Of a DNA stretch of 40,923 nucleotides, positions 1-11,169 are shown piece after piece. The notes beneath the pieces are model-generated. The model was given only the letters and a program-made list of their open reading frames with translations, was not told the origin of the DNA and made no database searches. A program made the position numbers and the translations under genes. Position 1 is the stretch's first letter; every line of letters starts with the position of its first letter. The DNA comes from Sarea resinae (lineage: Eukaryota): positions 62,001 to 102,923 of the forward strand of contig JAPEUD010000082.1 of NCBI GenBank assembly GCA_026026165.1. Direction: 5' to 3'.

Positions 1-726
1 ACAACCCAACAGCCCAAGGACAAACCCCTCCGCGCGAAACGCAACCACCGCCGACCGTCGCAACCACTCGATCTGCCCTCCCCCCCACCGCCACCAACCA
101 CGACGCTGTCTCTAGCCCCGAAACCCAGCACAGTCGACTCGTCCCCGCCGCCACTTACGTCCAAAGGAGCATCCAATGGCGGCACACCATCAGCCATGAC
201 GAGCTCATCCAAGCCGGCACCGTCGACGTCGGAGCTCCGGCGCGCGCACAAGCTCTTCGTGTCCACGTCGCGCGAGGTCCTCCAGGCCCGCGCCGACACG
301 TCGGCGCTCGACGCGGTGGCGCTCGACGAGCTGGTGGAGCGCTGCTGGAGCGCCGTCGGTCTCAAGGGTCAGCTGCCCTGGATCAAGATCTCCAGCGTCG
401 GCCCCAGCAAGCGCGATAACACGGCCGTCAAAAGGCACGCGGAGCGCGATCTGCGGGGGTGCGAGAACGAGATCGAGGAGGAGATTTCGGGGACGGCGGG
501 TGGAGCCGGCGAGGGCGAGGATGGGGGCGAAGGTGAGGAGACCGCAGATGCGCAGGGCGGAAAGGCCGAAGTCGAGGACGAGGACGTTAGGATGGATGAG
601 GGCGGAGAGGATGGAGATGGAGATGGAGACGGCGGGGAGGATGGTAATGGTGGTGGCAAAGGAAAAGCCGATGATGGCGATGGCAAGGGTGGTATCGGCG
701 GTGGATTCACGGCCGTGAATCGCTAG
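1..726 (+). CDS. Hypothetical protein, 5'-truncated; Pro/Ser/Thr-rich segment, short helical region, acidic Gly-rich C-terminus
   Basis: Frame +1 is open from base 1 to TAG at 724-726, extending the 196..726 ORF upstream. Third codon positions are strongly G/C-biased. No family motif recognised. Confidence 0.6.
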   Translation, partial: TTQQPKDKPLRAKRNHRRPSQPLDLPSPPPPPTTTLSLAPKPSTVDSSPPPLTSKGASNGGTPSAMTSSSKPAPSTSELRRAHKLFVSTSREVLQARADTSALDAVALDELVERCWSAVGLKGQLPWIKISSVGPSKRDNTAVKRHAERDLRGCENEIEEEISGTAGGAGEGEDGGEGEETADAQGGKAEVEDEDVRMDEGGEDGDGDGDGGEDGNGGGKGKADDGDGKGGIGGGFTAVNR

Positions 727-1073
727 GTAGACTCTTTGGTCGTCAACGCTTTTTTCTTTCTTCTCTTCATCTCTACGTTTTCTTCCTCGACGGCGTCATG
801 CATGAGTTGAATATGGCGGCGGCCTCAGACACAGAGACACAGAGACACAAATTATCTGAGTCTGGCGCCTGATGTCTGGCGCGTGGCATCTAGCACTTTT
901 TTCCCTCTTCCCCTCTTCCCCTCTTCACCTTACCTTACCATACCATACCTAGTCCTTTGCCAAACCTCGCCATACCTAGCCCTTTACCTAGCCCCAGTCC
1001 TAGTACTCATCCTTTATTTCCCCCCTCCCCCTCGCTTTGCTAGAGAACCTAGGAACTAATACCTCTTTCCCCC

Positions 1074-1078
<5 letters not shown>

Positions 1079-1136
<58 letters not shown>
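1079..1136. repeat. (TC)n microsatellite
   Basis: Uninterrupted TC run seen directly. Confidence 0.97.
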
Positions 1137-1139
<3 letters not shown>

Positions 1140-1380
1140 TCTTACCCCCCTCTTACCCCTAATATCCCTTTCTCGATTATTTTTTTTAAACATTATCTCA
1201 CTTGTCTCTTGTCTCTTGTCTCTTGTCCCTCACTCTTGTCTCTTTCTCGCTTGTTTTTTTTTTTTTTCTTTTTTTTTCTTTTTGGTTTTGTCTTTCTTAG
1301 GACTATAGGGCGTGTTTATTGCGGGTTAGTTATAGGGCTATGTTGTATTAAGTTTAAGTATAGGTAGGAAAGGGCTAAGG

Positions 1381-1384
<4 letters not shown>

Positions 1385-1422
<38 letters not shown>
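1385..1422. repeat. (GA)n microsatellite
   Basis: Uninterrupted GA run seen directly. Confidence 0.97.
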
Positions 1423-1425
<3 letters not shown>

Positions 1426-1664
1426 GAAAGGTGTAGGTCTAGGTAGGTAGGTCTATCTGGATCTAAGTGTGTTAGAATCTCAGGGCATTAGATCTAGGTG
1501 TGTTCGATCTAGGTGTATTAGTTATAGAAGATATAAATTTTTCTAGTAGAGATAGAGGTAGAGAAATATAGAAAAGATACCTAGAGAAGAGCGAGAAGGT
1601 AGAGAATATAGATCTAGCACTCTTAATATTTCTAATACTCTTAAGACTATACTATTCTATTTGT

Positions 1665-1826
1665 CTAGTCTATTATCTATTATCTGTTATCTATTATCTA
1701 TTATCTATTGTCTAGAAAGGTATAGAGAGAGTAGAGAGTAGAGAGTAAAGAGTAAAGAGTAAAAGAGTATAGAGTAAAGAGTAAAGAGAGAGTAGAGAGA
1801 GTAGAGAGAGTAAAGAGAGTAAAGAG
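1665..1826. repeat. Degenerate (CTATTAT)n array followed by an (AGAGTA/AGAGTAA)n array
   Basis: 7-mer units at about 1665-1715; 6-8-mer AGAGTA variants at about 1726-1826. Confidence 0.85.
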
Positions 1827-1929
1827 CCCTAGGTATTTCTCTAGCTAAGTTAATTAGGTTCCTTACTTATTTATAAGTAGTTTAGTAGGTAGGTAAGTAT
1901 AAGGGTAGGTAAGTATAAGGGTAGGTAAG

Positions 1930-2001
1930 TAGGTAGGTAGGTAGGTAGGTAGGTAGGTAGGTAGGTAGGTAGGTAGGTAGGTAGGTAGGTAGGTAGGTAG
2001 G
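1930..2001. repeat. (TAGG)n tetranucleotide microsatellite
   Basis: Perfect TAGG run, preceded by degenerate units and a duplicated TAGGTAAGTATAAGGG at about 1890-1921. Confidence 0.97.
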
Positions 2002-2359
2002 TAAGATGTGCAGGCAAGCAGGCATTCCACCAACTCGTTCCCCGCCGGCCAAAAGGTATGACAATTATTTCTTTCTAGGTTCTGTTCTGTCCTTTTCAGG
2101 ATTGATACTGTCCTTGATTCTTCATTTCTCTCCTACGCTCGGTCTAACTGTATCTTCGAATCTAGGTCTTCTCTACTGTTGACACAGAAGAGGTAAAGAG
2201 ATGAAAGGAAAATCGAGCGAGCAAAAGGACTAAGACGGATGCTGGCGGCTCGCGATGGAAGACGAAAAAGAGATTACAGAACATGGCTCCCATTAAACAG
2301 CAGAGAAAAAAGGAAGCCACGCCAAACCGGGAGCCAAGAGCTCGAGATCATCCATCGAA

Positions 2360-4079
2360 TCAAGCCTGCGGCCGACTGACGCTGCCGTATTTCGCCTGCC
2401 AGGCAAAAAAGTACAACAGCGCCGCCAGCGGCTGGCCAACGAGACAAAACGTCACCCAAAAGATGACGTTGCCGAGGACCTTGGCGTTGGCGCCTTGCAT
2501 CTTCTCGAGCGGCATCGTGAGCGCGATGAGGGGCATTTGGAAGAGCATACCCGCGAACGCGACGCCTGTGCATTTGGCGTTTCGATTAGCATCGGACGCG
2601 CTCCGTTTCGGTCGCTAAAAACTAACCTATGATGTTATGCGTGGGAACACCCACGAGCAACTCGTGCAAGAAGCCAGAGAACAGATAGACGATGGCACTG
2701 GCGGTTCGGGGATGCCAGCCGCGGCCGATGAGGGGTGAGAAGATGTGTCGGCGCATGAAAGAGTAGACGGGAATGTTCCAGGTCCGCCAGTACGTGCCGA
2801 CGCTGGGACTGTTCCACCACTCCGTGTAGAATTGGCGATCGCCGAAGCGCATTACCTCGGCGAGAGCATTTAGAAGGGATTGGAAAAGGGCGAAGAAGCC
2901 GGCGAGCCAGATGACGAGCGAGATGGTTGAGAGTTTCATCAGGCGCTCGAGGATGGATGTGATATCCAACGTGGCCATCTTGTCGAGGGAATTTCGAAGC
3001 ACTGGAGACGCATACTGCGCCGAGGCAATCCAGATGAACATGCTGAGGCCTGCCGCCTCGGCTAGACGTTTCAAAACGAACAGCCATCGGATGTGAGAGG
3101 TGCGAGGATAGACGGGCTGGTAGACTAGTGTAGGTGCCCACCAGAAGTATGTCAAATTCCTTACGGTGATATTGCGAGGATATGGACATGAGGCGTAGAG
3201 GTCCGGGAGCGCGGTCGAGGTAGAGGGGTTCAGCAAGGCGTGCCGAAGATCACGATTGGTAAAGGCGTAGGAGCAATTCTTGAGCCAGACGATGATTGCG
3301 TGGAACTCACACAGCGTCCCGATTAGAGGGTGGTGGATGTGACAATAGACGACGGTGGTCGTCACTAGGAGACAAAGTGTTGCATTGAGGCCATGAGCGA
3401 GGGCAATGAGGACCCACGCCGAATGGAGAGCCTGCTGCTCGAGTCCCTTGCGTCCTGCGCTGTTTGATGAAGCTTCGCTCTTCTTGCTGCGGCCGACGGC
3501 ACCTTTGGCTTGCTGCGCTGCCGCCAACTCGATGATGTAGGCTACGAAGAGATGGCAAGGAATGAGGGCATAGAGCAGGGCGCCAAGAAGGAGGTCTTGT
3601 CGTCTGTAATCGTGGCACCGTATGCAAATCAGAACGCCGTACTTTGTGCCCGTAATCAGCAAGCGTTCGTCGGATCCAAAGCAATTGCCTTTACCTTCAT
3701 AAAGTTCTCAATCATTAATCGCAAGTTCGACACGACTGAGCAGATCGGGAGTCAGTAACTGATCCTTGGACATGAAGCCAACTAAAAAAAATATACCGAG
3801 TACGATCACCATCAAATTTCTGAATCCCACAAAGCTGGGCGTGGCAGCAGAATCAGTGCTCAGACATGAAGTTCGTGACTTAGAATGCACCGCAACGAAA
3901 TGTCGGTATTTCGTATCGATATTGGATTTTTTGGTAGTCTCCGATGGCTTGGGACTGCCTTGGTCCTCGGTCGAACCATTTGAACGAGGTATGGCATGGG
4001 CCGTGGCCGCCGCGATGCTTGCAGTGCTGGGAGCTTGGACGGCGGACGTGGAGGCTGGAACAGCATCTACAGTCGCCAT
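2360..4079 (-). CDS. DGAT1: Diacylglycerol O-acyltransferase, DGAT1-type MBOAT; exons 4079-3797, 3735-3695, 3641-2627, 2565-2360
   Basis: GT-AG introns join in frame (GFRNLMVIVL-VVSNLRLMIENFMK-YG). Motifs: APTLVYQPVYPR, FGDRQFYTEWWN (FYxDWWN-like), catalytic His in FLHEL, and GNVIFW near the C-terminus. Confidence 0.92.
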
Positions 4080-5041
4080 CGAGGGCAAATATCCCCGGTG
4101 CTTCGGAGATATTCGCTGGCAGAGAGAAGCCAGGAAGGGAGGCGACGCCAGTGCTCGTTGTATGAGATGAGCGCCTCTTAGGCGGGGAGTAGAATCGATA
4201 TCAGGTATCAGGAATGAGAGATCAGGGATTCAAGGCATGGGAAAGTCAGATACCAACAGTGACATCATGGCGGCCGGTTTGCTCAGAGGCAGGACATGGG
4301 CCGATGATGCATATCGACGGCGACAAAAGGAGTCAGGAGAGGAGGAAAAGAGGAATCGACTGGCATGATGGACTGGCAGACGGTAGACTGCAGACTGTAC
4401 ACTGCATCCCCATGGATGCGTGTGCATGTACGAATATGGAGATGTCCAAATACGAGGTATGGAGAGGCGTCCACGGGTGTCAATGCGTAAGGTATGCATG
4501 GCAAAGTGCATGGCAAAGAGAGAGAGCTACGAGATACGCACGGACGTGACCTCGACCGTGCATACAGATCATATGGTGGGCACAGGTACTCCGGAGTAGA
4601 GACGGTCCAGGACCATCGCCGGGTAACGCCCCTCTCGAGACGATTCGGATCGCCTTCATTGTTGCTTTTCGCGCCCCATGCCAGCTCTCAATTCACTGCT
4701 ACCGACCTCATATATCCCACGCACCGCGATCTTCGTCTTCTGTTCCATTGGAGTCCTCATGCGCTGTGGAGTGAACCCTTGAACAGATATACCTCGACAT
4801 CATCCCTACCGTGTCCCTCTCCCTCCCTCCCTCCAGGAGCATCCATTGAGCTTCCAAGCTTTGTACGTGTCAAGATAGCAACGCCCATCGGTCTCTGCTT
4901 GTCGACATCTCTCCCGAAGTGGTGATACAACGTGTGCGATTCTTTGAACACGATACGGCAGCGGCCCAAGAGATTTCCCAGTTGATGCCAAGTGCTTCAT
5001 GACTTGGTCGAGCATGACCGCATAATTGGACGGATCACGGC

Positions 5042-7275
5042 ATGGCTTATGAGAACCGGGGTCGCGACTATCAGGGTGGTCATGGCGGTGGACCTGATGG
5101 CGGAGGTGGAGCAGCAGGAGGAGGGGGAGGATTTGTGAGAGGCAGAGGTCGAAGTGCGTTTTCCACCACCAGTCCATATAGAACCGCTCAATCCAAATTC
5201 TCTCTTTGTACGATCGTTGCACACTTGCTTCAGCCTACCCAAGATGATCCCCAGCAAGCAGAAGATAAACATCGTTTCTTCGAATCGCCGGTACAATACT
5301 GATTCTGCAACCTCAGGACCCGTCACGGATTATGGTTCGTCGATGGTACAGTGGATGCGGCATCGCAGGGCGCCGTACAGGATGGGACATGTCATGGAAG
5401 TGGAGAGGCCAAGTGCAAGCTACATCATCGATGTATGTAATTCGAGACGTTGTCTAGCAATCAAAGAATCGTTGGCGCTGGCTTGAACTCATGGCTGATC
5501 TGATTGCTTCCTAGATGCTTCCTCCCGCTGCCAGACCCACTGACCCTACCGACACCATACCTGTGAAGCACCTTCATTCCTCTTTGAACAAGATCAAACA
5601 TCCCATCAATGTGGTACGATGGACGCCCGAGGGCCGGAGGCTTCTCACAGGCTCAAGCAGTGGAGAATTTACTCTGTGGAACGGAATGGGTTTCAATTTC
5701 GAGACTATCATGCAGGTCCGTCATCTTCTTCCGGCAACGCAGTATCTCCCGACTCGCTGACTTGACTTTGAACAGGCACACGATGCTGCAATCAGAGCAG
5801 CGTCATATTCGCATGCTGATGACTGGCTGGTGTCTGCGGACCAGGATGGTGTGGTCAAGTATTGGCAGCCCAACTTCAATAACGTCAAAGCCATTCAAGC
5901 CCACAATGACCCGATCCGCGATCTCGCTTTCTCTCCCACGGATTCCAAGTTCGTAACGGCATCAGATGATGCAACTCTCAAAATCTTCGATTTCTCGGGA
6001 GGTATCGAGGATTCCACTCTCACGGGCCACAACTGGGATGCCAAGTCCGTCGACTGGCATCCTACAAAAGGCCTCCTCGTCTCCGGCTCGAAAGATCACC
6101 AAGTCAAGCTCTGGGATCCTCGCACGGGACGCTGTCTTACCACTCTTCATGGCCATAAAAATACCATCTCCAAAACCGTTTTCGAGCCGGTCCGCGGGCA
6201 ACTCCTCGCAACATGTGCTCGTGACCAAACCGCTCGGGTCTTTGACCTGCGAATGATGCGAGACGTTTGTCTCCTGCGCGGCCATGAGAAAGACATCTCA
6301 ACCCTCACCTGGCACCCAATACATCCTTCTCTCCTCTCGACCGGTGGTGCTGATGGCAGCCTATTCCACTACCTCCTCGACGAGCCTAATCTTCCATCAG
6401 GCGTTGAACCATCAATTCCTCCCTACGATAGCAAAGACCCCGACCTCTCCCCGGCCCAAACCATATATCCCGCCCACCGCGTCCCCTATGCCCACGACTT
6501 CGCCATCTGGTCCCTTGACTGGCACCCACTCGGCCACATCCTCGCCTCGGGCTCCAACGACCGTGTCACCCGCTTCTGGAGTCGTGCCCGTCCAGGCCAG
6601 AATGACTGTTTCAACGACCGATACCATATCGGGGAAGCAGCGGCTGAAGCCCAAGGGACATGGGATCGTCGGAACGGCCGCAAACAACTACGCGAAGAGG
6701 AAGAGCAAGAAATCGAAGACGAGGCCGATGGGCTCGTCGATCAGCATATGCCTTCTCGAAATCCAACGCTTCCGGGTATTCCCGGTCTTCCTGTGCCCGT
6801 GGGTGCCTTCAACGACGGTACCAGTATCGGAGGATCACAGAGCCAGATACCAGGCATGGGAAATGTGCCACCGCCGCCGCCGCCTCCCGGTGGTCTTGCA
6901 GGTCTCAGACTCCCAAACATAGACCCTAACAACCCACCGAACCTGTCTAGCCTAGCAGCAATGCTAGGGTCCATTCCCCCACCGCCTCCTCCGCACGGTG
7001 GCGCGTCATCCGGCCCGGGAGGCCAAGCGTTCCCGCCACCTCCTCCACCACCAATACCGGGCTCCTTTCCCCCCGGCGTTTTACCTCCCGGACTCTTCCC
7101 ACCGGGATTCCAACTCCCGCCCGGCTTCCCGCCACCTCCGCCTAATGCCGGCCCTATCGATCTGGCGGCATTGATGGGGGGTGAGAGTGGTGGGCGAAGG
7201 AGGACACCGCTGCCCAGTCAGCAGGATAGCTTGAAGGAGGAACAGAGAAGGGGAAAATATAGGGTTGCTAGATAG
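5042..7275 (+). CDS. PFS2: Polyadenylation factor subunit 2 (WDR33 orthologue), WD40 repeats with Pro-rich tail; exons 5042-5153, 5317-5432, 5515-5715, 5776-7275
   Basis: Motifs [76 protein letters not shown]. Three canonical introns keep the frame. Confidence 0.95.
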
Positions 7276-8486
7276 CGCGGGTGCTGCTTGCTGCCTGCCC
7301 GCCCACGCGTGGTTATTGTATCATGTAAGGCGGGTTTCTTCCATGTTTGCTGGGATTCGTCTCTTCGTTCGTTCGTTCGTTCGTTCGCGCAGTTCTATGG
7401 CTTCTCTTGTCTTGTATCTTACTCTCAGTCCACCTTGACGAGAATCATCGCGGGCCCGGCGAAGGGAAGAGCGTGATGGGGGTCGATCATATCATCGATG
7501 TATAACAGGTTTCCTATCTACGAGCGAGAGCGAAAAATCAAAGACAGATCCTTCAACCCAGTCTTGCGCAGTCCCCCCAACAAACGCCTTCAATACCTCA
7601 GTGAAGACCTCCCAGGCTACCGTGTAAGATTCCAAATGACGATGCACGGCCAGAGCAAGGACATTGCACATGCTAGACGACTCTAGGCACTCGATGGTTG
7701 CGTACACTCGACTACAGTACTCGTACTGCAGGAGACAGTCCTCCTCTAGTCCTCCTCGGCTCTGTTTGTTTGGTCTAGTTTGATGTTTGATTTGGTTTGC
7801 TGTTCTCCGGTCCTAATGACTATTTCATCAGCTGATTACTGTTCAACTCCGGCCGGCATAATTATGCCAGTGAAGCTGATTATTAACTCTACAAGTCCGT
7901 CCCATCTCATCTCATCTCATTTCATTTCGTCTCACCTTATTTCGTCCCACCTTACGTCAGCCTGGGCCCCTCAACCCACCGACCTGAGCTTCCTTCTCAT
8001 CTTACCTCAGCACCCATCCGCCTCAACTGCTTTCAAGATATACCTCGATGTGTACCTTGCTCGTCGCCATCTCCTCTCCTCTCCTCTCCTCTCCTCTCCT
8101 CTCCTCTTAGCCGCAGCCCAAGCCTACACCACCACCGCCAGAGCTGTACAGCTGTAGTAGCTTTGAGATGGATCTTCCGGCCACCTTGCCCGTTCTGTGT
8201 CCCGATCTACGCGAGGTGCCCCGGGCCAAGGCGAGGCGAGGTAGGGCTCCAGGGGGGCAGACACGATAAGCGAGGCCCTTCCATACATCAGGTAAGGTAC
8301 CTAGGTCCCTGGAAACGAGAACTGTCCATGAGACTGGAGGTCATTTGACGTCGAAGAGTACGTAGTAGTGAGTGTCCACTGACTCTGGACACCCTGGAGC
8401 GCGTCTTCGTACGCGTCTGAATCGGCTCGCTCGTGAAAGAGAGCGCTCTGAGGCCTAGAGGAGAGACGAGCGTCGGTCAGGGTAGG

Positions 8487-8518
8487 GTACTCCGGAGTAC
8501 TCCGGAGTACTCCGTAGT
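8487..8518. repeat. Tandem 10-bp unit (GTACTCCGGA) forming a perfect 24-bp palindrome at 8487-8510
   Basis: GTACTCCGGAGTACTCCGGAGTAC equals its own reverse complement and is followed by a degenerate third unit. Confidence 0.95.
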
Positions 8519-9269
8519 GCACGCCGTACCTGATCGACCACGGGGGTGTCAACTTGGAAGATGGGACGGGGGTCCATGACATCAGCCAGCCCGGTCCAAG
8601 CGCAGCCGCTGTCGCTCGCTCGCTCTCACTGGCTCGTTCATGCATACGGAAGTACTCAGAGTAGCAGCCAACCCCAGATACCTCACTCAGTCCGCAGGGC
8701 GGGTGGGCCGGGCGGCTCAATAGAAAACCCCGACGCCGGCGGCCACGTTCGAATCGTCTACTCGGAGTCCTCTGGCTCTGTTTCTGGTGCTGGTTCTGGT
8801 GCTGGTGGTGAGACTTCACCACGGGAACGGATGGTCTATATCCCTAGTGGATACGTAAGGTAGTCTCGGTGGTACAGTACCAAGCATGCAGGCCGTCGTA
8901 CGGGACGACCTGAGGTAGGCAGCAGAAGAAGAAGAGAGAAGAGTCTAGGCACCAAGGGCCAGGTGGCCTCAGCTTTCCTCCTTCGGTTTCTTCTTCTTCT
9001 TCTTCTTCTTCTTTTCTGTTGAATATAAGATCTCGACATCTCGCTACCACTTTGAGAATTCTGCATCCACTTCAAATTCCGAGAACGAGAATCTCTCTTC
9101 TTCCAAATTATAAGACCCGCTCGCGAACTAGCCAAGGTAGCCAGCCAGACAGATCAACCTAAGTGAGTGAGTGAGTGAGTGATTGACTGATTGAGTCTTT
9201 TCATAGCGACCCTCCGAGGGAATGGGTTTGGCTGACTGACGTGAGACAGATAGATCGAAATCAGTCAAG

Positions 9270-9897
9270 ATGCCTCTCTCGATCACCGTGCCGGACGAAT
9301 ACGGGTGCGTGCCTCTTCTTTCCCTTTCCCTTCCCGTCCTTGCCTTTGCTCGCGTTCAATGCAATGCAGTCCCATCCTATGCACTCCGATCCAATCGGCT
9401 CTACTTCACCTCACACCAAAGCAACCCCACCCTCTTCTCACAACGTAAAATAACCTCCCAACGCAAACAGCTACGTGCTCCTCGCCGCCACCAGCACCGC
9501 CCTGATCGGGCAATGGCACTCCTTCTTCACGGGGCGCTACCGCAAACCGGCCAAGGTGCCGTACCCGAACGCGTACGCGCCCGAAGCCGTCGCCAAGACG
9601 TCGCCCGAGGCCTACGCCTTCAACTGCGCCCAGCGCGCCCACGCCAACTTCCTCGAGAACCTGCCCGTTATGCTGCCGTCGCTGCTGATTGCCGGCCTGA
9701 GGTGGCCCGTCGCCGCGAGCGTCTTGGGCGGCATCTGGGGCGCCGGCAGGATCGTCTACGCGCTGGGCTATGTGAGGTCGAGTCTTGGTGCTGATGGCAG
9801 GGGCAGGTTGAAGGGCTTCTGGTTCATGCTGGCGCAGTTTGGGCTGCTCGGCATGGCTGGTAGTGTCGGGTGGAGTGTTCTGAATGGGGGGTGGTAG
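9270..9897 (+). CDS. MAPEG family protein (microsomal glutathione S-transferase 3-like); exons 9270-9304, 9471-9897
   Basis: MPLSITVPDEYG-YVLL joins across a GTGCGT...CAG intron. Motifs RKPAKVPYPNAYA, FNCAQRAHANFLE and GRIVYALGY are typical of MGST3-like proteins. Confidence 0.92.
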
Positions 9898-10129
9898 TCG
9901 TCTTAGACGGAGGAAGGGAGAGGAGTGGGGAGTGTCTGCAGCGACAGATATAATGCGGCGGGAGCGGGAGATGAGTGTATCATTCACAGGGTATACTGCG
10001 CTGAACAGTGGGTGTGGTGATGCATGGTGATGCCGAGTGTCTTCTACCGGCGCTGATGCATATGTACGTCTATATGGTCTATGGAAACAACGGGAACCAA
10101 CTCGCTTGCCCGATTGATGTGTGATTTAG

Positions 10130-11169
10130 CTACTGTTTGTCCGGGTTGAAAGGGTCGTCGGTCCTGTCCCCGTCCTCGAGGTCTAGCTGTCGTGCCAGCA
10201 TCGCCATGGTGTCGACGGCTGTGCTGGTGGGCCGTTCGGTTCGGCCGCTGTGGTGCTCGGGATCCATCTTCGTCTCGATGCGACGCAGGATGCGGGCTGG
10301 GTTTCCGGCTACGACGTGGAAGGCCGGGACGTCCTATAGCAGCGAACGAGTAAGTCAAATGATGGGCATGATCCAAGACCTACGACCATACATACCCGGG
10401 TCACAACACTGCCGGCGCCGACCGTCGCGCCCTTGCCCACCACCACGCCCGGCAAGAAAATCGCGTTGCCACCGATCCAGCAGTCTTCGCCGATATGGAT
10501 CTCCTTGCCCAGCTCGGGGCCCCGGGTGCCGTTCCGCAGCGCGGGATCCAACGGGTGCGTGCCGCTGTAGAAACTCACATTGGGCCCGATCAGGGTGCGC
10601 GATCCGATGGAGACCAGACAGGTGTCGATGAGGGTGCAATTAGCGTTGATGTAGACGTTGGAGCCGAGCTTGACGTTCGTGCCGTAGTCGATGGTCACGG
10701 GCGCCTGCACCCACGGCTCGTCTTCGAAGAGGGCCTCGTCTTCTTCGTCGGTGGGCGCGCGGCGGGGGAGTGGAGAGGCGTCTCCGACGACGCTGGAGGG
10801 GGGAGAGAATCATTAGCTCTGGCAGATGGGGTGTTGGCGTTGTCGTAGAGGGCTGACTTGGAAACGCGTTGTCTGGAAAAGCAAGAGACTTCTTGGAGAG
10901 TTGGTTGGTGGGGGGTTTGAGGGTTGGTGAAAGAGAGGGAGAGGTAGCAGATGCGTTATACGAGGATGGAGAGAATGCTAGGCTCTGACTACTCACTCTC
11001 TCCATAGCTCGATGAGACGCCGTCGAGGCACTTCGCCGGCATTGTTGTAGCGCGTGCAGGCGTGGAAGCAGCGGGCGCGTTCACGGATGAGCTCGGGGGA
11101 GAAGGCGTGGTAGAGTTCTCCGTGGAGGGCTTTCTGTTTCTCGGTGAGGGCGGGGGATGGGGCTGTCAT
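10130..11169 (-). CDS. Maltose/galactoside O-acetyltransferase (left-handed beta-helix, Mac-like N-terminus); exons 11169-10997, 10792-10396, 10333-10130
   Basis: N-terminus EKQKALHGELYHAFSPELIRER; core DYGTNVKLG, IGPNVSFYSGTHP, IGEDCWIGGN, VGAGSVVTR-DVP, VVAGNPARILR. Both introns canonical. Confidence 0.92.

Larger units (their letters stand above)
920..1930. other. AT-rich, TpA-rich and CpA/TpG-poor island, RIP-like
   Basis: By eye, TA/TAG/CTA are abundant and CA/TG are scarce (e.g. 1290-1925), unlike the GC-rich flanking genes. Degenerate tandem repeats differ mainly by transitions. No ORF with protein-like composition. Confidence 0.6.

Noticed and set aside
7300..9250. Telomerase RNA in the 2-kb spacer
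   Set aside because: The size would fit, but I found no TTAGGG-type template (CCCTAACC or TAACCCTAA) on either strand; only CAGGGTAGGGTA at about 8478-8489. No convincing pseudoknot or P6.1 was seen.
9305..9470. Spliceosomal twin intron (stwintron) in the longer introns of MAPEG, POP3 or the dehydrogenase
   Set aside because: Removing candidate internal introns does not regenerate a good donor (e.g. GTCCCA for MAPEG), and single-step splicing already keeps the frame.
10130..11169. Recent horizontal transfer of a bacterial-type acetyltransferase
   Set aside because: It has two spliceosomal introns and a composition like its neighbours, and the family is widespread in fungi.
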